Shown here in pieces: positions 31,232-46,277 of a stretch of DNA of 64,000 nt. Under the pieces are notes generated by a model. It was not told the DNA's origin. It was given only the letters and a program-made list of their open reading frames with translations, and made no database searches. A program made the translations under genes and the position numbers. Where the stretch lies: the NCBI RefSeq assembly GCF_009914755.1, contig NC_060942.1; one strand, 5' to 3'. Source of the DNA: the human T2T-CHM13v2.0 reference genome, Homo sapiens. Positions within the stretch are counted from its first letter, which is position 1, and each line of letters opens with the position of its first letter.

Positions 31232-31607
31232 TGTATTAGTCCATTCTCACACTGCTATGAAGAAATATCCAAGACTGGGTAATTTATAAAGGAAAGAGGT
31301 TTAATTGACTCACAGTTCCACATTGCTGGGGAGGCCTCAGGAAACTTACAATCATGGCAGAAGGCAAAGAAGAGGCAGGCACCTTCTTCAAAGGTGGCAG
31401 GATGGAGTGAGTCCAAGCAGGGGAAATGCCAGATGCTTATAAAACCACCAGATCTCGTGAGATGCACTCATTATCACAAGAACAGCATGGGGAAACCGCC
31501 CCCATGATTCAATTACCTCCACCTGGTCCCACCCTTGACATGTGGGGATTATGGGGATTATAATTCAAGATGAGATTTGGGTGGGGACACAGAGCCAAAC
31601 CATATCA
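31232..31607 (-). mobile_element. THE1C/D MaLR solo LTR
   Basis: TGTATTAGTCCATT...CCAAACCATATCA; perfect 5-bp TSD GAAGT at 31227-31231 and 31608-31612. Confidence 0.93.
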
Positions 31608-32250
31608 GAAGTTAAATCCAAATCTCTCTCTCTCTCTATCTGGCTAATACACATTTGAAGTCTCTTTTTATACGCTGGCTTTTTCTGACTATCCAGAGGT
31701 GGACAAAGCATTCAGAACTCTACCTACTTTTAGAAAATCTTGGATATCCCAAATCTTAATATTAACATTATATTGAGTAGCCTTTTACACATAAGTTGAA
31801 GAAGTTCATTTGTTTTCAAAATGCAAAAAGTGTAGAAAGATAATAACTATTATATTGATGGGTCAGCCTGAAGAATTTCCTGGAACTTTACACTCTTATT
31901 TCTGATGACAACAGAAATTTGGATGGTAAAAGACTCAGACGGCATTTCTGGCAGTCAGGTATCCTTAATAACCGTTCACCTTTCCCCTTTCATCTTCCAT
32001 GTGTATGAAAGTTGTCTCTGGAGAGAATTTAAGTCAGAATCTGTGACTAATGGGCATAGTATGTCAGCCACATTATTGCTACAAAACAAGTAACTTCCAG
32101 TTAGCCATCAACTCTTTGCTTCTTGCTTCTTGGTCAAGTGAAAGAGCTCTAGTTAGTGATTAAAATTCTGCTCACATAGGCCCCACTCTGCCAGGGAACT
32201 AGCTAGAGAAAGAGGTCTTTTTATTTTGCAGGCAATAAAGGGCAAAGCGG

Positions 32251-32547
<297 letters not shown>

Positions 32548-34549
32548 AGGGGGGGGGGAAACAGGGGTGGCTTTCTGGAATTTAGATTTGGAGTTTTATG
32601 TTATAAAGGTAGATTTGGTGTAGATATTACACAGATCTCCTCTGTGTTTAATTAGGATTTGCAGGCCTTACTTCCAATCTATCTGGGAGTCACCTGAACC
32701 AAAAGTCACAAGCAGAAGGAGACATCACAAGGGGGTGCATGGCTTTCCCCGACAGTGATGGAAGGGTTGGGTATTGCTCTCTGATGATCTTCTGTGTGTT
32801 CTCCTTTCCTCTACCACCAGCTGCCAAGTTTCGAGGCCAAGGTCCAGGTTTTACATTTTCTTTGTATACCTCCCATGGCTGGTAGAGTTACCAATATTGA
32901 AATACTTAACACCTGCTCAAAAAATATCTGTTAATTAATTGATTTTGCCATAAAACGATGAGTAGCACAATACTTGTGCTTTTCAGAAATGTCTAGTTCA
33001 TAACACACAATTACATGAGCTAGGAGCTTCCAAGGTGAGAAGCAATTCTCTGAGCAGAATAAAATTGGAGACTGGTATGAAGGAGGCAGTGGAGAGATGG
33101 AAGCAGAAGTCATTGAGGAAAAATTACAGGGGACAGTAGGCTGTCTTGGCCCAACCAAGGCCTCTCTTACCAGGACCCTACATTTTCAGAAAATAGCTCC
33201 ACTGAACACTGATGATAGGACTGTGAAGGCCTAGAATTAAACTCCAATCCCGTTTTAATTTTATGGGCTATACAACATAAAGACCGAGAAAGAACATCTG
33301 GGACACTGGGCCACCAGGCACATGTTCACAGCTGGAACAGATCACAGATGACCCAAGTTAAATTAGCTTCAGGGTGACCACCTGCACAGCATTTTCATTT
33401 CTCTAAAATTCTTTCCCCTGCCCACTGTGACCTGTCCCATGACTCTCCACTTAAAATGGATTTTTTTTTTCAAGTCTGTTTCCATAGTCTCCTTTCTATC
33501 ATAGCTCTAATGTCGGTGTTGGCTGAGCTGGTGGGGTATGTGCAGACACACAGAATGACGAACTTGCAGTCATCTGCTCAGCTGATGGCTGGTTGAGTTA
33601 TGTCTCTTTACGATATTCCTAAGTACGATTAGAAAGGACAGGAAATGACTCCAGGGCTAAAAAGTTTTATTCTGATTTGGATAAGTGGCTTGAGTCAACC
33701 CGGATGGTGATACTTCACATGACAATATTTGAGTTAAATGAAAAGTCTTTGGAGAAGGAATACTAATGACAATAGGTTGCGTTAAGTGAGCCTCTCCCAG
33801 GTGCCACTTTTCTTCGAAGCTTTGTCGCATCTATCAGTTCATTTAACAAACTGAGCTACAAATTGTGTAAAAAAATTCCTAATATTTCTCTGACAAACTA
33901 ATAAACTAGACTCGGGAAAACAGGATTTAAAGCTTTGATCTGTCATCTCATAGCACACATAGTTCCAAAGAAATAGACTTTTTAGAAATTTATAGGCTAC
34001 ATACATAGGTTACGTGTTTATAGTCAATTATAATTCAGCTCTGAACTCCTGAATATATTTTGAGTTTAACCTATAAAAAATTATAAAAGGAGTAAGATGA
34101 CTATGTGCTAGGTTGTAATGTAAAAGCCATATTCTTGAATAAAATGTAAAAAAGGAATTAATTTGGTCATACAGAGATACTATTGGATATAAAAAAGTAG
34201 ATATGAGTGATTTCAGATGTTGTAAAGTCAAAGTGCCAGCATAAACCTCATGCTATTACAACCCAGCCTGAGAGAAGAAAAATTCACTTTTTCTCTTATC
34301 TTCGAAGTTGACAGCTTAGCCTCAAATATAAAGTAGAACCATATCATGGAGCTAAAATTCATTCCAAATTTTAATATACTCTATATTTCTGCCAACTCTT
34401 AATATTTATCAATTTTAAACATACTAAAACCTGAAGTATTTGTCATTTTAATTTCAATAATTTAAAGATTTATAAGTCAAGTTTAGCTGCACTTAATAAA
34501 AAAAGACAACATATTAGAGATACAATGGAAGATCAAAAATCCTCATTCC

Positions 34550-34838
34550 AGCTGGGTGCTGTGGTTCACACCTGCAATCCCAGTACTTTGGGAGGCCAAG
34601 GCAGGAGATCACTTGAGGCCAGGAGTTCAAGACCAGACTGGACAACACAGTGGGACCCATTGCTACAAATAATTAAAAAGTTAGCCAGGCATGGTGGCAC
34701 ATGCCTGTAGTCCCAGCTACTTGGGAAGCTGAGAAGGGAGGGTCACTTGAGGTCAAGGCTACAGTGAGCAGTGATCACACCACTGCATTGCAGCCTGGGC
34801 GACAGAATAAGACCTTGTCTCAAAAAAAAAAAAAAAAA
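34550..34838 (+). mobile_element. AluJ
   Basis: Dimer; TSD AAAAAT(C/A)CTCATT. Confidence 0.9.
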
Positions 34839-35189
34839 TACTCATTTTGGAAAGTCCCAATTACCCTACATTTACAAATGCTCAAAAGCCACAGAAGAAA
34901 GAAGACCAGAGCTAAAGTTAGGAGACGAGGCCATGATGGTGAGGAGTTAAAGGGGCAACTAAAAGGAAGGAATAATAAATAAAGGAAGCAGAAATAATGA
35001 TTTTGGAGAGGAAGTGGCTGCCCTTAACATGCCTCATCTACCTGGGAAACTTTCAAGATCTCACTCAAACTTCTCTCTCTGCCTTCCTCTAAAAGTAGAA
35101 GAAGATGCGGCAAGATCTTCCCAGGTAGATGAGGCAAGTTTCCTTGCTCTGAGAAATCAACTTCATCCCATTGTTCCTTGTTCAAACTT

Positions 35190-35395
35190 TCACAATGGTA
35201 TATTCCTCACTGTTTTATAGTGAGTGACTTGTTTCCAGGTCTGCCTTTTCTCAAAACTGTGAACTCCTTAAAATAGTCTTTGCTTTATTCAGAGTCACTG
35301 TCCACATGCCTGTACCAACCAAAATGATATACGATCTTTGGTGCTCAGTACTGGTCAGATGAATGAATGAATAAACCAATGAACAAATGAATGGA
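35190..35395 (+). mobile_element. L2 3' end
   Basis: ACTGTGAACTCCTT...GTGCTCAGTA...TGAATGAATGAATAAA. Confidence 0.65.
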
Positions 35396-35640
35396 AAGAG
35401 GTATCTAGGCCAGCAAGAGAGAGAAACCTGGAACACACACAGAGAGAATTATACCCTAACTAATATACACAACAAACCAAATTTTCTAAACCTTATGGTC
35501 TCCAGAAGCAGAGATTCTTTTTTTTTTTTTGCACTTTTCCAATGTATTTTTAAAATAAGATTTTAAAAAATTTATTTTAAAATTTTAAAAATAAGGTTAT
35601 TGAAATATAATTTACATATCATAAAATTCATCTATTTGGA

Positions 35641-36560
35641 ACCAAAACCACAATGAAATGTTACCTCACACATGTTAGAATGGCTGTTATAAAAATGACA
35701 GGAGATAACAAATGTCGTCAAGGGTGTAGAGAAAAGAAAAAACCTTACACATTGTTGGAGGAAATGCAATTTGGTGCAGTCATTATGGAAAATAATATGA
35801 AGCATCTGCAAAAAAAGTAAAAACAGAACTACCATATGATCCAGCAATTTCACTTCTGGGTATATATCCAAAGGAAACAAAATCAGTATCTTAAAGAGGT
35901 ATCTGCACTCCCATGTTCATTGCAGCATTATTTACAATAGCTAAGATACAGAAACAATCTAAATGTCCATTGACACATTCGTGGGTAAATGAAATGTTGT
36001 GTGTATGAATGCACACACACACACACTGGAATATTATTCAGCCATAAGAAAGAAGGAAATTCTGCTATTTGTGACAACATGGATGAAACTGGAGGATATT
36101 ATGCTAAGTGAAGTAAGCCAGACAGAGAAGACGAATATTGTATGGTATCACCATATGTGGAATCTTTAAAAAAAAAACACCTTACAGAAACAGAAAGTAG
36201 AACAGTAGTTGCGACATGGGATGGGGAATGGGGAGATGCTGGTTAAAGGGGTACAAACTTTCAGTGATAAGATGAATAAGTTCGGAGGATCTAATAATGT
36301 ATAGCATGGTAACTGTAGTTAATAATACTATAGTATATACTTGAAATTTGCTAAAGAAGTAGGTCTGAAATGTTCTCAACACACACACACACACACATAC
36401 ACACACACACACACACACATACACAGGTAACTATGTGAAGGGATAAATGTGTTAATATTTATGGTAACCATTTCACATTGTATACATAAATCAGCACATT
36501 GTATACTTTAAATATGTACAATTTTATTTGTGAATTATACCTCAACAAAGCCGAAAAAAT
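35641..36560 (+). mobile_element. L1MA-type 3' fragment (ORF2 end and 3'UTR) with internal (CA)n at ~36379-36425
   Basis: AAAACCACAATGAAATG...CCATATGATCCAGCAATTTCACTTCTGGG...TATACCTCAACAAAGC. Confidence 0.88.
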
Positions 36561-36596
36561 TCATGAGTTTGGAGAATAGCACATATAGCAACAATA

Positions 36597-36728
36597 CAGT
36601 CATCCCTCAGTATCTGTGCAGGACGGATTCCAGGATGCCCTGGGATGCCAAAGTCCACAGATGCTCAAGTCCCTTATCAGTCTTCTGTATCCATGGGTTC
36701 CTCGTCCACTGATTCAGAGGGCCAACTG
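36597..36728. mobile_element. MER2-family TcMar fossil, internally deleted
   Basis: TIRs CAGTCATCCCTC / GAGGGCCAACTG; TCCACAGATGCTCAAGTCCCT. Confidence 0.75.
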
Positions 36729-36984
36729 CAATTAGGAAATAGTACTAATACCTTACATTTGTATAGAGTTATACTTGAAGCATTTTCACATATGTTAATG
36801 CATTGGATTCTTCCAACATTTGAGTTAGATAAACAGATTTTGTCAGCCCCATCATACCTATAGGATACCTGAGTTTTGGAAAGTTTCAAATACTCACAAT
36901 AACAGATGATTTGGGGAAATGTCATGTTAGACGGAGATATAAATAGGCTCCCTACAGCGGGGCTTAGTTTTAAAGGGCTATGCA

Positions 36985-37332
<348 letters not shown>

Positions 37333-37728
37333 CTATGCTCTGCAGCTTATGTGAGCTCAAGGGACACTTTTATAAGGACCATCTTTGGAAACTATCTTCA
37401 AGGAACACACTTTGAGAAACACTGGGCTTAATCATTTAGTGCTCTTTCAAACTGTTCATCACACTATGTGATGCTGAGTACATAATGGTGCGCAACGCAG
37501 ACACAGCCTTGTACTGTGCAGCGTACAGACTCTAGATTGGGGCATTCACGGCGATGGATCTGACGAGGACGCTGTCCATATGCTTGTACAACAATGGTGT
37601 CTATTCTACCTCATGCTCATATTTTCCTTTTACTAGTGAATATGCCCCAATAAAAATTTACATTAGGACAAATACTAACAATGTTTTTCTTTATATAGTT
37701 GTAGCTGTACACAATTCAACAGGAAACT

Positions 37729-38012
37729 GACCAGGCACAGTGTGGACTCACGCCTGTAATCCCAGCTCTCTGGGAGGCCAAGACGGGCAGATCGCTTGAG
37801 CTCAGGAGTTTGAGACCAGCCTGGGCAACATGGCAAAACCCTGCCTCTACAAAAAAAATACAAAAAATTAGCCAGGTGTGGTGGCACTTGCCTGCAATCC
37901 CAGCTACTTGGGAGGCTGAGGTGGGAGAATCACCTCAGCCTGGGAGCTTGAGGCTGCAGTGAGCCGTGATCATGCTACTACACTCTAGCCTGGGTGACAG
38001 AGTGAGACTCTC
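37729..38012 (+). mobile_element. AluJb
   Basis: Dimer; tail replaced by a microsatellite. Confidence 0.9.
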
Positions 38013-38015
38013 TCT

Positions 38016-38080
<65 letters not shown>
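38009..38080. repeat. Compound (TC)5-TA-(CA)30 microsatellite
   Basis: Perfect CA run at 38021-38080. Confidence 0.97.
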
Positions 38081-38081
<1 letters not shown>

Positions 38082-38573
38082 CTTCTGATGACTGTCAGTG
38101 GGGACTGAGAAGGTTATGGGTGGGATTCCTGAGCCTGTATCCGATGTTGTATTCCTTAATGCTGGGGATGTTTGAGGAGTAAGAGTCAGAAAATGACACA
38201 GAGAGAAAAGACGAAGTTACAGAGGTGTGAAATAAAGGCTACTGTGGCTCTCCGATTTTCCATCTCCACAATATTTCCTTCAGAGATGACTTATAAATTC
38301 AAGTTTGATTGTCATGTCTATTTAGAGGGCATCTGAATCTTTCTCCTCAGCCCTGATTTCTCTCCCAAGCCTGCCTCTGGGACTTGACTGGCATGACCTT
38401 GGGTAAACAGCGAAGCCTGGCCCAGTGGAGCTGTTGGGAGGCCCAAGGGAGAAAACCCATGCTGATGCGTAGCACCAAGCTCAGACTTAGCCCCCTCAGT
38501 AAGGAAGGTTCAGCTGTTGAGTTCTGTGTATTTCTGCCCATTGCTCTCTACACATACTGCTGCTTCTATGTGA

Positions 38574-39073
<500 letters not shown>

Positions 39074-39738
39074 TCACTGATGTGTCAAGACTGTCTTATA
39101 TAGAATCCTGACTGTTCATTAATTTTCTATACATATATTAGTTAATACGGAATTATATGGTACATGAAAAATACATATTCTGTATGTATATATTCTCTTT
39201 CCAATTGCTTTGTAAGCTCTTAAAAACACATACCTTTCTGATTTTCCCACAGTATCTAAAACATAGTATGTACTTGAGGGATATTTAGCTGACTTTTGGT
39301 ATTTTCACATTGGAGTTATTGTTCAAAATCTCCAAATCTGGAAAAATTGATACATCCATTTCCTCATGGCTGAAAGAAACCAAAGGTCAAATCTGAAGGA
39401 AGCTCAATTATCTTGTATCTCACTTTCATGTCTTTTGGTTAGTAAAGTGAAACGACTTTAACTTTTTGTTTAAGTATCTTCTTTGGCCTTCTATTTAAAT
39501 GGTGGTTAAAAATAGTTGGTTCTGGAAGTGTGGTTGTCTGTTCAGGTTTTCATGGGAACATGTGTTTGTTTGTGAACTTTAAGGTACTCTTGGCTTTAGA
39601 TATGTGCCTGCATCCCCTCCGTCTCATGGTGTAGGGTAAGGGGAGCAAGAATCGGAGGAAATCTACCATGTGGCTGGAGCCTAAGGAGAAGGGTTCTGTT
39701 AGCATGGGAAGGAGAAAGCAAAGAATAAAGGAACGTGC

Positions 39739-40160
39739 TGATATAGTTAGGATATTTGTCCCCACCCAAATCTCATGTTGAAATGTAGTCCCCAGTGGTG
39801 GAGGTGGGGCCTGGTAGGAGGTGTTTGGATCATGGGGGTGGATCTCTGAATGACTTGGTGTTATTGTTCTTCTTGGTCTTCTTGATAGTGAGTTCTCATG
39901 AGATCTGGTCATTTAAAAGTGTGTGGAGTCTCCTCCCCACTCTCTATCTTGCTCCTGCTTTCACCATATGACGTGCCTACTCTCCCTTCACCTTCTGCCA
40001 TGATCGTAAAAGCTCCCTGAGGCCTCTCCAGGAGCCGAGTGTTGTCGGTGCCATGCTTCCTGTACAGCCGGTACAACCATGAGCCAATTAAACCTCTTTT
40101 ATTTATAAATTACCCAGCCTCAGGTATTTCTTTACAGCAATGCAAGAATGGACTAACACA
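39739..40160 (+). mobile_element. MSTB/MSTA MaLR solo LTR
   Basis: TGATATAG...CCCAAATCTCATGTTGAAATGT...GAATGGACTAACACA. Confidence 0.88.
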
Positions 40161-41464
40161 AGAGATCTCCAAACTTTTCCATGAAACAACCTCATCAGAA
40201 ACAAGTATGAGCAAGTATCCTTCGGAATGCACATATTTATTTATAAATTATAAACATACACTATGATGATTGATACATTCAATAGTATTATAAATTAACT
40301 GTCTCTTTTTCAGATAAAAAATAGACAAATGTTTATTTTTGTTTATTCTATGTTTATACCATACTTTGGAGATCACTGGGATAGAGTCTAGAATCCATAT
40401 CTGGGGGCTGATCCAGTGAAAATGCTGTGGCAGGTAAAACCAATGACATAACTGAAGTTAAACCTAAAAATTCTATACCATCAGTACTGTGAATAACCAT
40501 GGAAATAGAAAATACAAGCCCATATTCACATTTCAATGTAAAATATAAGAAGCAGTTTTCATGACATTAATATAATTTTGAAATGGTATCCTCAGAAGTG
40601 GCTTCCAATCCTGACACTCTCAGCTTTGTTTATGGAGAAAGAGTTTAATTTTTTGGAGGTGGGGGTGAGGTAGGGAGGGGAGAGAAAAGGTTAAAATAGG
40701 TTAAAATATAGGCGCGAAAACAAGAAAACTAACCCCAATGTGAAAACAACTTTTATTTTAAAAAAGATGTATCTGCAAACAAATGGGATTGACGTGATAT
40801 TTCCATATTATCTTAAGGCAAGAAATGTTAAGTTGTCAGAAACAATATCCTCCAATCATCCCATGGGGTCTCAAACCTATAGTAATTGCAGTTTCGAAGG
40901 GTATGCATGACTGACGTGTGCAGTGCTTTTCCAGATCTAGGAAACTACTACATGCTTGGTTTTTTACGTTTCATGTTTTAAGCTATGTCTATTTATTAAG
41001 AAATTTTTCCTTACGTATTATTTTTAAACGAAGGTCAAATATGACTTGTTGCCCTCTTCTTAGGATATTCACAGTTCATTTCTTCCTGTTGAAAATGGTT
41101 TTCCCACATGAAGTTTGGCACTCTGGGGTGAACATATAATAAAGTAATCAGATCTGACCAGGGCAGTAATTTTCATACGGAGAACTGACTGAAATGTGGG
41201 CCAGAGAGTGCAATAACATGCACTTGTTCTTTCAATGTGGCATAAAGTATGCACCAGCAGATTCCATTTAGTGTGGATTTCAGAGCATCCTGGAAAAATC
41301 ATTATCCATCTCTCCTAGGTTACAGCTACCATTTCGCAACTTTGCTCCTGGTAACTTGCAGATGTTGCCTATATTTGCAACACAAGGCCTCATTTGTTTG
41401 AGCCCCAATTATGCCAAATTATGAAATTCTGATGGGGCAGATCTGACGGTTATCTGTTACGTTT

Positions 41465-42408
41465 TTAAACACAACAGTTTATCAAGGTATAATCCCCACA
41501 CCGTACAATATGCCCATTTAAAGTATACAATTCAATGGTTTTTAGTATATTCAAAGACTTGTATACCCAACACTATAACCAATTTTCCAATTTTAGAATA
41601 TTTTCATCACACCAAAAATAAATCCCATACCTCTGCCAGCCCCCAGAAAACCACTAATCCACTTTTTTTTTTTTTTTTGAGACAAGGTTTTACTCCTGTC
41701 ACTCAGGCTGGATTGCAGTGGTGCAATCTTGGCTCACTGCAACCTTCGCCACCTGGGCTCAAGTGATTCCTTTGCCTCAGCTTCCTGAGTAGCTGGGATT
41801 ACAGGTGTGCACAACCACACCCGGCTAATTTTTTATTTTTTGTAGAGAGGGGGTTTCACCATGTTGCCCAGGCTGGTCTCGAACTCCTGAGCTCAAGTGA
41901 TCTGCCTGCCTCAGCCTCCCAAAGTGTAGGGATTACAGGCATGAGTCACTGCGCCCAGCCTAATCTACTTTTTGTCCCTACAGATTTGCCTGTTCTGAAC
42001 ACTTCATATAAATGGAATCATAATATGTGGCCTTTTGTGCCTGGCTTCTTTCACTCAGCATAAGAGTTTTAAGGTTCACCCATGTTGCAGCATGTACAAA
42101 TACTGCCTTTTTTATGACTAATACTCCACTGTATGTATATTCTACATTTTATTTATCATTTACCAGTTGGTAGACATTTGGGTTGCTTTCACTTTTTCAC
42201 TCTTATGAATAATGCTGTTATGAACATTGATGTACAAGTTTTTATGTGGATATGTTTTAATTTCTCCTTGGTGTATATATATGTGTGTGTGTGTGCACGT
42301 GTGCATATGTACATACATACATACACACACACAAACACACACCCCTAAGAGTGAAACTGCTGGGTCATATGAAAATTTTATACTCAATTTTGAGGAACTG
42401 CCAGATTG
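41465..42408 (-). mobile_element. L1MB-type 3' fragment with Alu insertion
   Basis: CCCATTTAAAGTATACAATTCAATGG...CATATAAATGGAATCATA...TTTTGAGGAACTGCCAGA. Confidence 0.85.
41668..41960 (-). mobile_element. AluJb/S
   Basis: TSD TAATC(C/T)ACTTTTT. Confidence 0.92.
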
Positions 42409-42446
42409 TTATGATATTTAACTTTTTACTATAAAAATCATCTTTG

Positions 42447-42671
42447 GGCCAGGCGCAGTGTCTCATATCTGTAATCCCAGCACTTTGGGAGGCCGAAGCA
42501 GGAGGATTACTTGAGCCCAGAAGTTCAAGACCAGCCTGGGCAACATAGCAAGACCCTATCTCTGTAAAAAAAAAAAAAAAAAATTTTTTTTTTTTGTTTA
42601 AGTAGCCAGGCATGGGAGCACACACCTGGGAGGCTGAGGTGGGAGAATTGCTCGAGCCCAGGAGGTTGAGG
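42447..42671 (+). mobile_element. AluJ, 3' truncated, with A18T12 linker
   Basis: Left arm plus partial right arm ending GGAGGTTGAGG; no tail. Confidence 0.88.
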
Positions 42672-45589
42672 ACCTTCCAAAGTTTTAGCACTATTTGTAT
42701 AAAATAGTTTACTAATTTCAAATTATTGTCTTATTAAAACAAGTCCAGTTGATCTTACTGTACAATTAGCATTTTCTCAGCCTTTCATATTTATAACTGA
42801 GCACCCCTAAAAACAAAAAGGCATGTATTTCATTCCCATTTTCCATCTGCCTTCTCCCTAAATCATCCTGAATCATTCTATCCATTTATCTTCAGAATTT
42901 AAAGGTCCTGAGGCACATAAATACATCAACAGGCTTTTGAAAAAATTCTATGTTCAACTCTTAACAGTTTACCTAGAGTGGTCAGTACCACCTGAACAGT
43001 TATCCTTGATCATTTATAGTGTTTATCTTTCCACGTCCAAGAGGATGGCTGTTTAAGGGCTCCTCTGGCTCCTGTGCTTGGAGGGAGGGACTTCACCATG
43101 GGAATTACATGGCCTTTAGGTCAGATAGTCACACGTGGAATCTCTCCCTATGAAAGCCTCTTCACACTATGCAGATGACACATACATTCAGGCTTTACTT
43201 GGCTTACAGCCCTTTGTTAACCAACAAAAATAGTATCTTCCAGTAAACTCCCTTTTCTACACACAATTCAGGTCATCTATGATTATGCCATCTAAGAGAT
43301 ACTGTGTCAGTGGCACCTTCCCGCATGGGAAGAGATCTTGCTTCTTGAGCAGGATATGACTTCCTCAGAGGCAACTGGACATCCCTTCCACTTCCCCTGT
43401 GGCAGCATGAACTTCCTCTGTTTCTCAAGGAGGTAGAGGGAGAGGGGAGCAGCCTGCCACTTCTGGAAATTCACCCACAGCTCTTGCCTGGCGTGCTGAG
43501 CAGAGGCCACCCAGTCGGGCTTTGCAAATAGAATTTGACTCCCATGCCAGACCAAGTGAAACAGATCCACCATACAGGCACTCCAGGAAAAACAGCAATC
43601 CATAACCTGTGTGTGCTGAGAATCTAGTACATTGCTCTTTATGAGCCACTGTAAAAAGCGGGATAGGATAATCCCAGTTTCTCCTTCTGTAAAATTCACC
43701 TCTCCACATATACTTGACAACATTACAGGGAGACACAGTTTCCAGAGCTTAGATACTTTGCTAATATGTAGTAAACATAAAGGTAAAACCATTAAATTGC
43801 AAGTCCTGTCCTCTCTGATTTTACTAAGCATAAAGCTATTGATCACTTTTTGTCCCCTACCGCAAGAATATATCAAGAATATAATCATATCAGGAGAAAA
43901 ACTACAATCTTCATCTTTGGTAGCGGTCAATCACTTTCAGAATTCTTTTCAAAAACAGCCAGCAGTCAAATTAAATTGTAATTTGGGTTAGGGGTGGGAT
44001 GGAGGAGAGAATCTGACTTTTGGGAACAGTGTGTGTGAAAATACGTATCCAAAAAGTTCAATGGGAAAATGTTGTCTCCCTGTGACTGAAAAAAAATAAT
44101 TGTGCTGCTTTCAAATACCCAAGTGGTACCACAAAGTTTGTCTTTCTCTAAAGCCTGTCTGTATCAGTGCCTTTGTGTCTCTCTTGAAAATATCACTTTT
44201 TGTAGTAATCTTCTTTTTTAACCACTTTGTCATCATCGTGGGATAAACAGAGTAGACTTTCCAAAATGAATCAGGGTGGTTGGGGTTGAATAGATAAAAC
44301 ATGACTCTGGCAAACGAGCGTTCGCTAAAGTCTGATCCTGTAATCTTTGTGCTGGCAGAACACCACTGTAGTAAACTTGGTTTGGCAAACCCTGTATAAA
44401 AACAGGACCCTTGACTTAAGATACAGTGTAAACATGTTGACTTCCTAAAACCCTCAATGGGTATGTTGTGAAGGAAAGCTTAGACCCAGACTCTGTTATA
44501 TAAAAACAAATTAACTTGAAATGTAATTTTTCTCTACTAAGGCTTTTCATAATATATGAGCAGCCCAACCCCCAAGCCCCTGCCAAACCCATCACAATTA
44601 TTGTCCAAATTCCCGTGGAGTCCAAAGGGGAGGTGGTATTCAAAAGAAGTAACTGCTGGTGGACTTTGAATAAAATGAGAAGTCTGTGAGGCCAATTAGG
44701 TTGTCAGTGGACAAAAATAAGCATAAATTAGAGCAATTAAGTAAATGAAAATGATCAAAAGGAATTTGTGGCAAGAATTTTTTTGAACAGATCCTTTTCT
44801 ATTATATAGGTACAAAGACCATTTTAAAGAGTTCAAAAGATTTTTAAATTTACTATACTGTACCCAAACCTCATGAAAATAAAGCATACGGAGGAATAAA
44901 TTCTAGTTTCTTTTAAAAAGTTACTTCAGTTGAAGGAATATTGTACATTTGGTATACTCACAAATATTAAAAAGAATTGTTGGCTAGATACACAAAACAA
45001 GGTCATTTTTCTATTCCCAAAGAAATGACACCCAGCGGGGAAAGGGGAATAAATACTGTTTGCCAGAATTCATCTTTCATTGAAATCATACTGAAACCTA
45101 TAAATTATAATAAAATATTATAATTAGAATGTTATAGTAAAATATAACAATAAAAGTGGACTTTAAGGTAGAATACATACCTTTTTAAAACAATGATTAT
45201 ATTTTGGGATAGAATATTATAGAAGACTTTTACTCTCTAAGTTACACATTTCTACAGATTGTTATAGTAAGTGTGTATGATTTCAGTAACCAGGAAAAAA
45301 AGAAGTATTAGGTAAAAAAATAACTCTAGTGTGAGAGGTTATCTTTGAGGCTAAGTTGAGAGGAAATCTGCTCCACTTACTGTTGTTTACACTCTAAACT
45401 AGTCGCTCTAAAATATAGTTTACACTCTAGTTGGCATCAAAAGTGCCAAAACTTGTTTTGAAGGAGACCTGCAACATAATGGAAACAAACTCTGCAAAGC
45501 TGTCAGTTGCTTCATAGGTCACTGTAATGAAGCTTCTGCAGCAAACTCTCTCTCAGGGACTCCCACACTGAACTGCTTTTACAGAAAGA

Positions 45590-45932
45590 GACTCACTAGG
45601 CGGCCACGGAGGTACGCCCTCAGTAAGCTATTCAGCAATAAGGGATGCCTAGCCAGCTGACAGCCTCCAGCACTGCCCCTCTCAATCTGCCACCATGATT
45701 CCTGCCGAGGCCACACAGTCCGGGCGGAGTCTGCTTACAGCCAATGACTGATCATGGCAGGGACACGAGAGCCAGGTCACTTCTGCCCTCATGGGGCCCT
45801 TCTGACAGGCAATCTCTGCTCCCGGGCACCCATGTACCTGGCTGAGACTTTCTCAGAGCTGCACTGCAGTCTGAGATTCTTCATATCCAACTCTCCTTTT
45901 TACCTCCTCTCTTTTAAAAGGTGTTGGACCTG
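45590..45932 (+). mobile_element. LTR16-like ERVL LTR fragment
   Basis: AGCTGACAGCCTCCAGC...CAGCCAATGACTGA...GGCTGAGACTTTCTCAGAGCTGCACTGCAGTCTGAG. Confidence 0.7.
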
Positions 45933-46179
45933 TGTCATCATAATTTTGTTACTGACAGTAATAACATTATTTAAAAAACAGCTTCCATTGGGATATTTCT
46001 TATCATTTTTAAACCTTTTCAGTTATATAATTTCATTTTGTCAGTAAATCATTTATTAGTAGAATATTTAGTGAAGAAATTAGGCATAGATTGCCTTCAC
46101 TTGCATTAGTGGACATTTAAGTTACATGAAGGGAAAACACTGATACACAACAAAGTTACTGATGAAAACACAAGGACTT

Positions 46180-46277
46180 TCTTTTTTAAAACTCTCTCGG
46201 CTTCCATAACACCACACTCTTTTGGTTCTCCTTCCAGCTCTCGGAAAATGTCTTTTCCGCCTATTTCACTGGGTCAT
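46180..46277 (+). mobile_element. L2 fragment (5' flank of MSTA)
   Basis: GGCTTCCATAACCACACTCTTTTGGTTCTCC. Confidence 0.6.

Noticed and set aside
43307-43930. Longest ORF (207 aa, minus strand)
   Set aside because: Starts at TTG, has no recognisable domain, its composition is typical of non-coding DNA, and similar ORFs overlap it on both strands.
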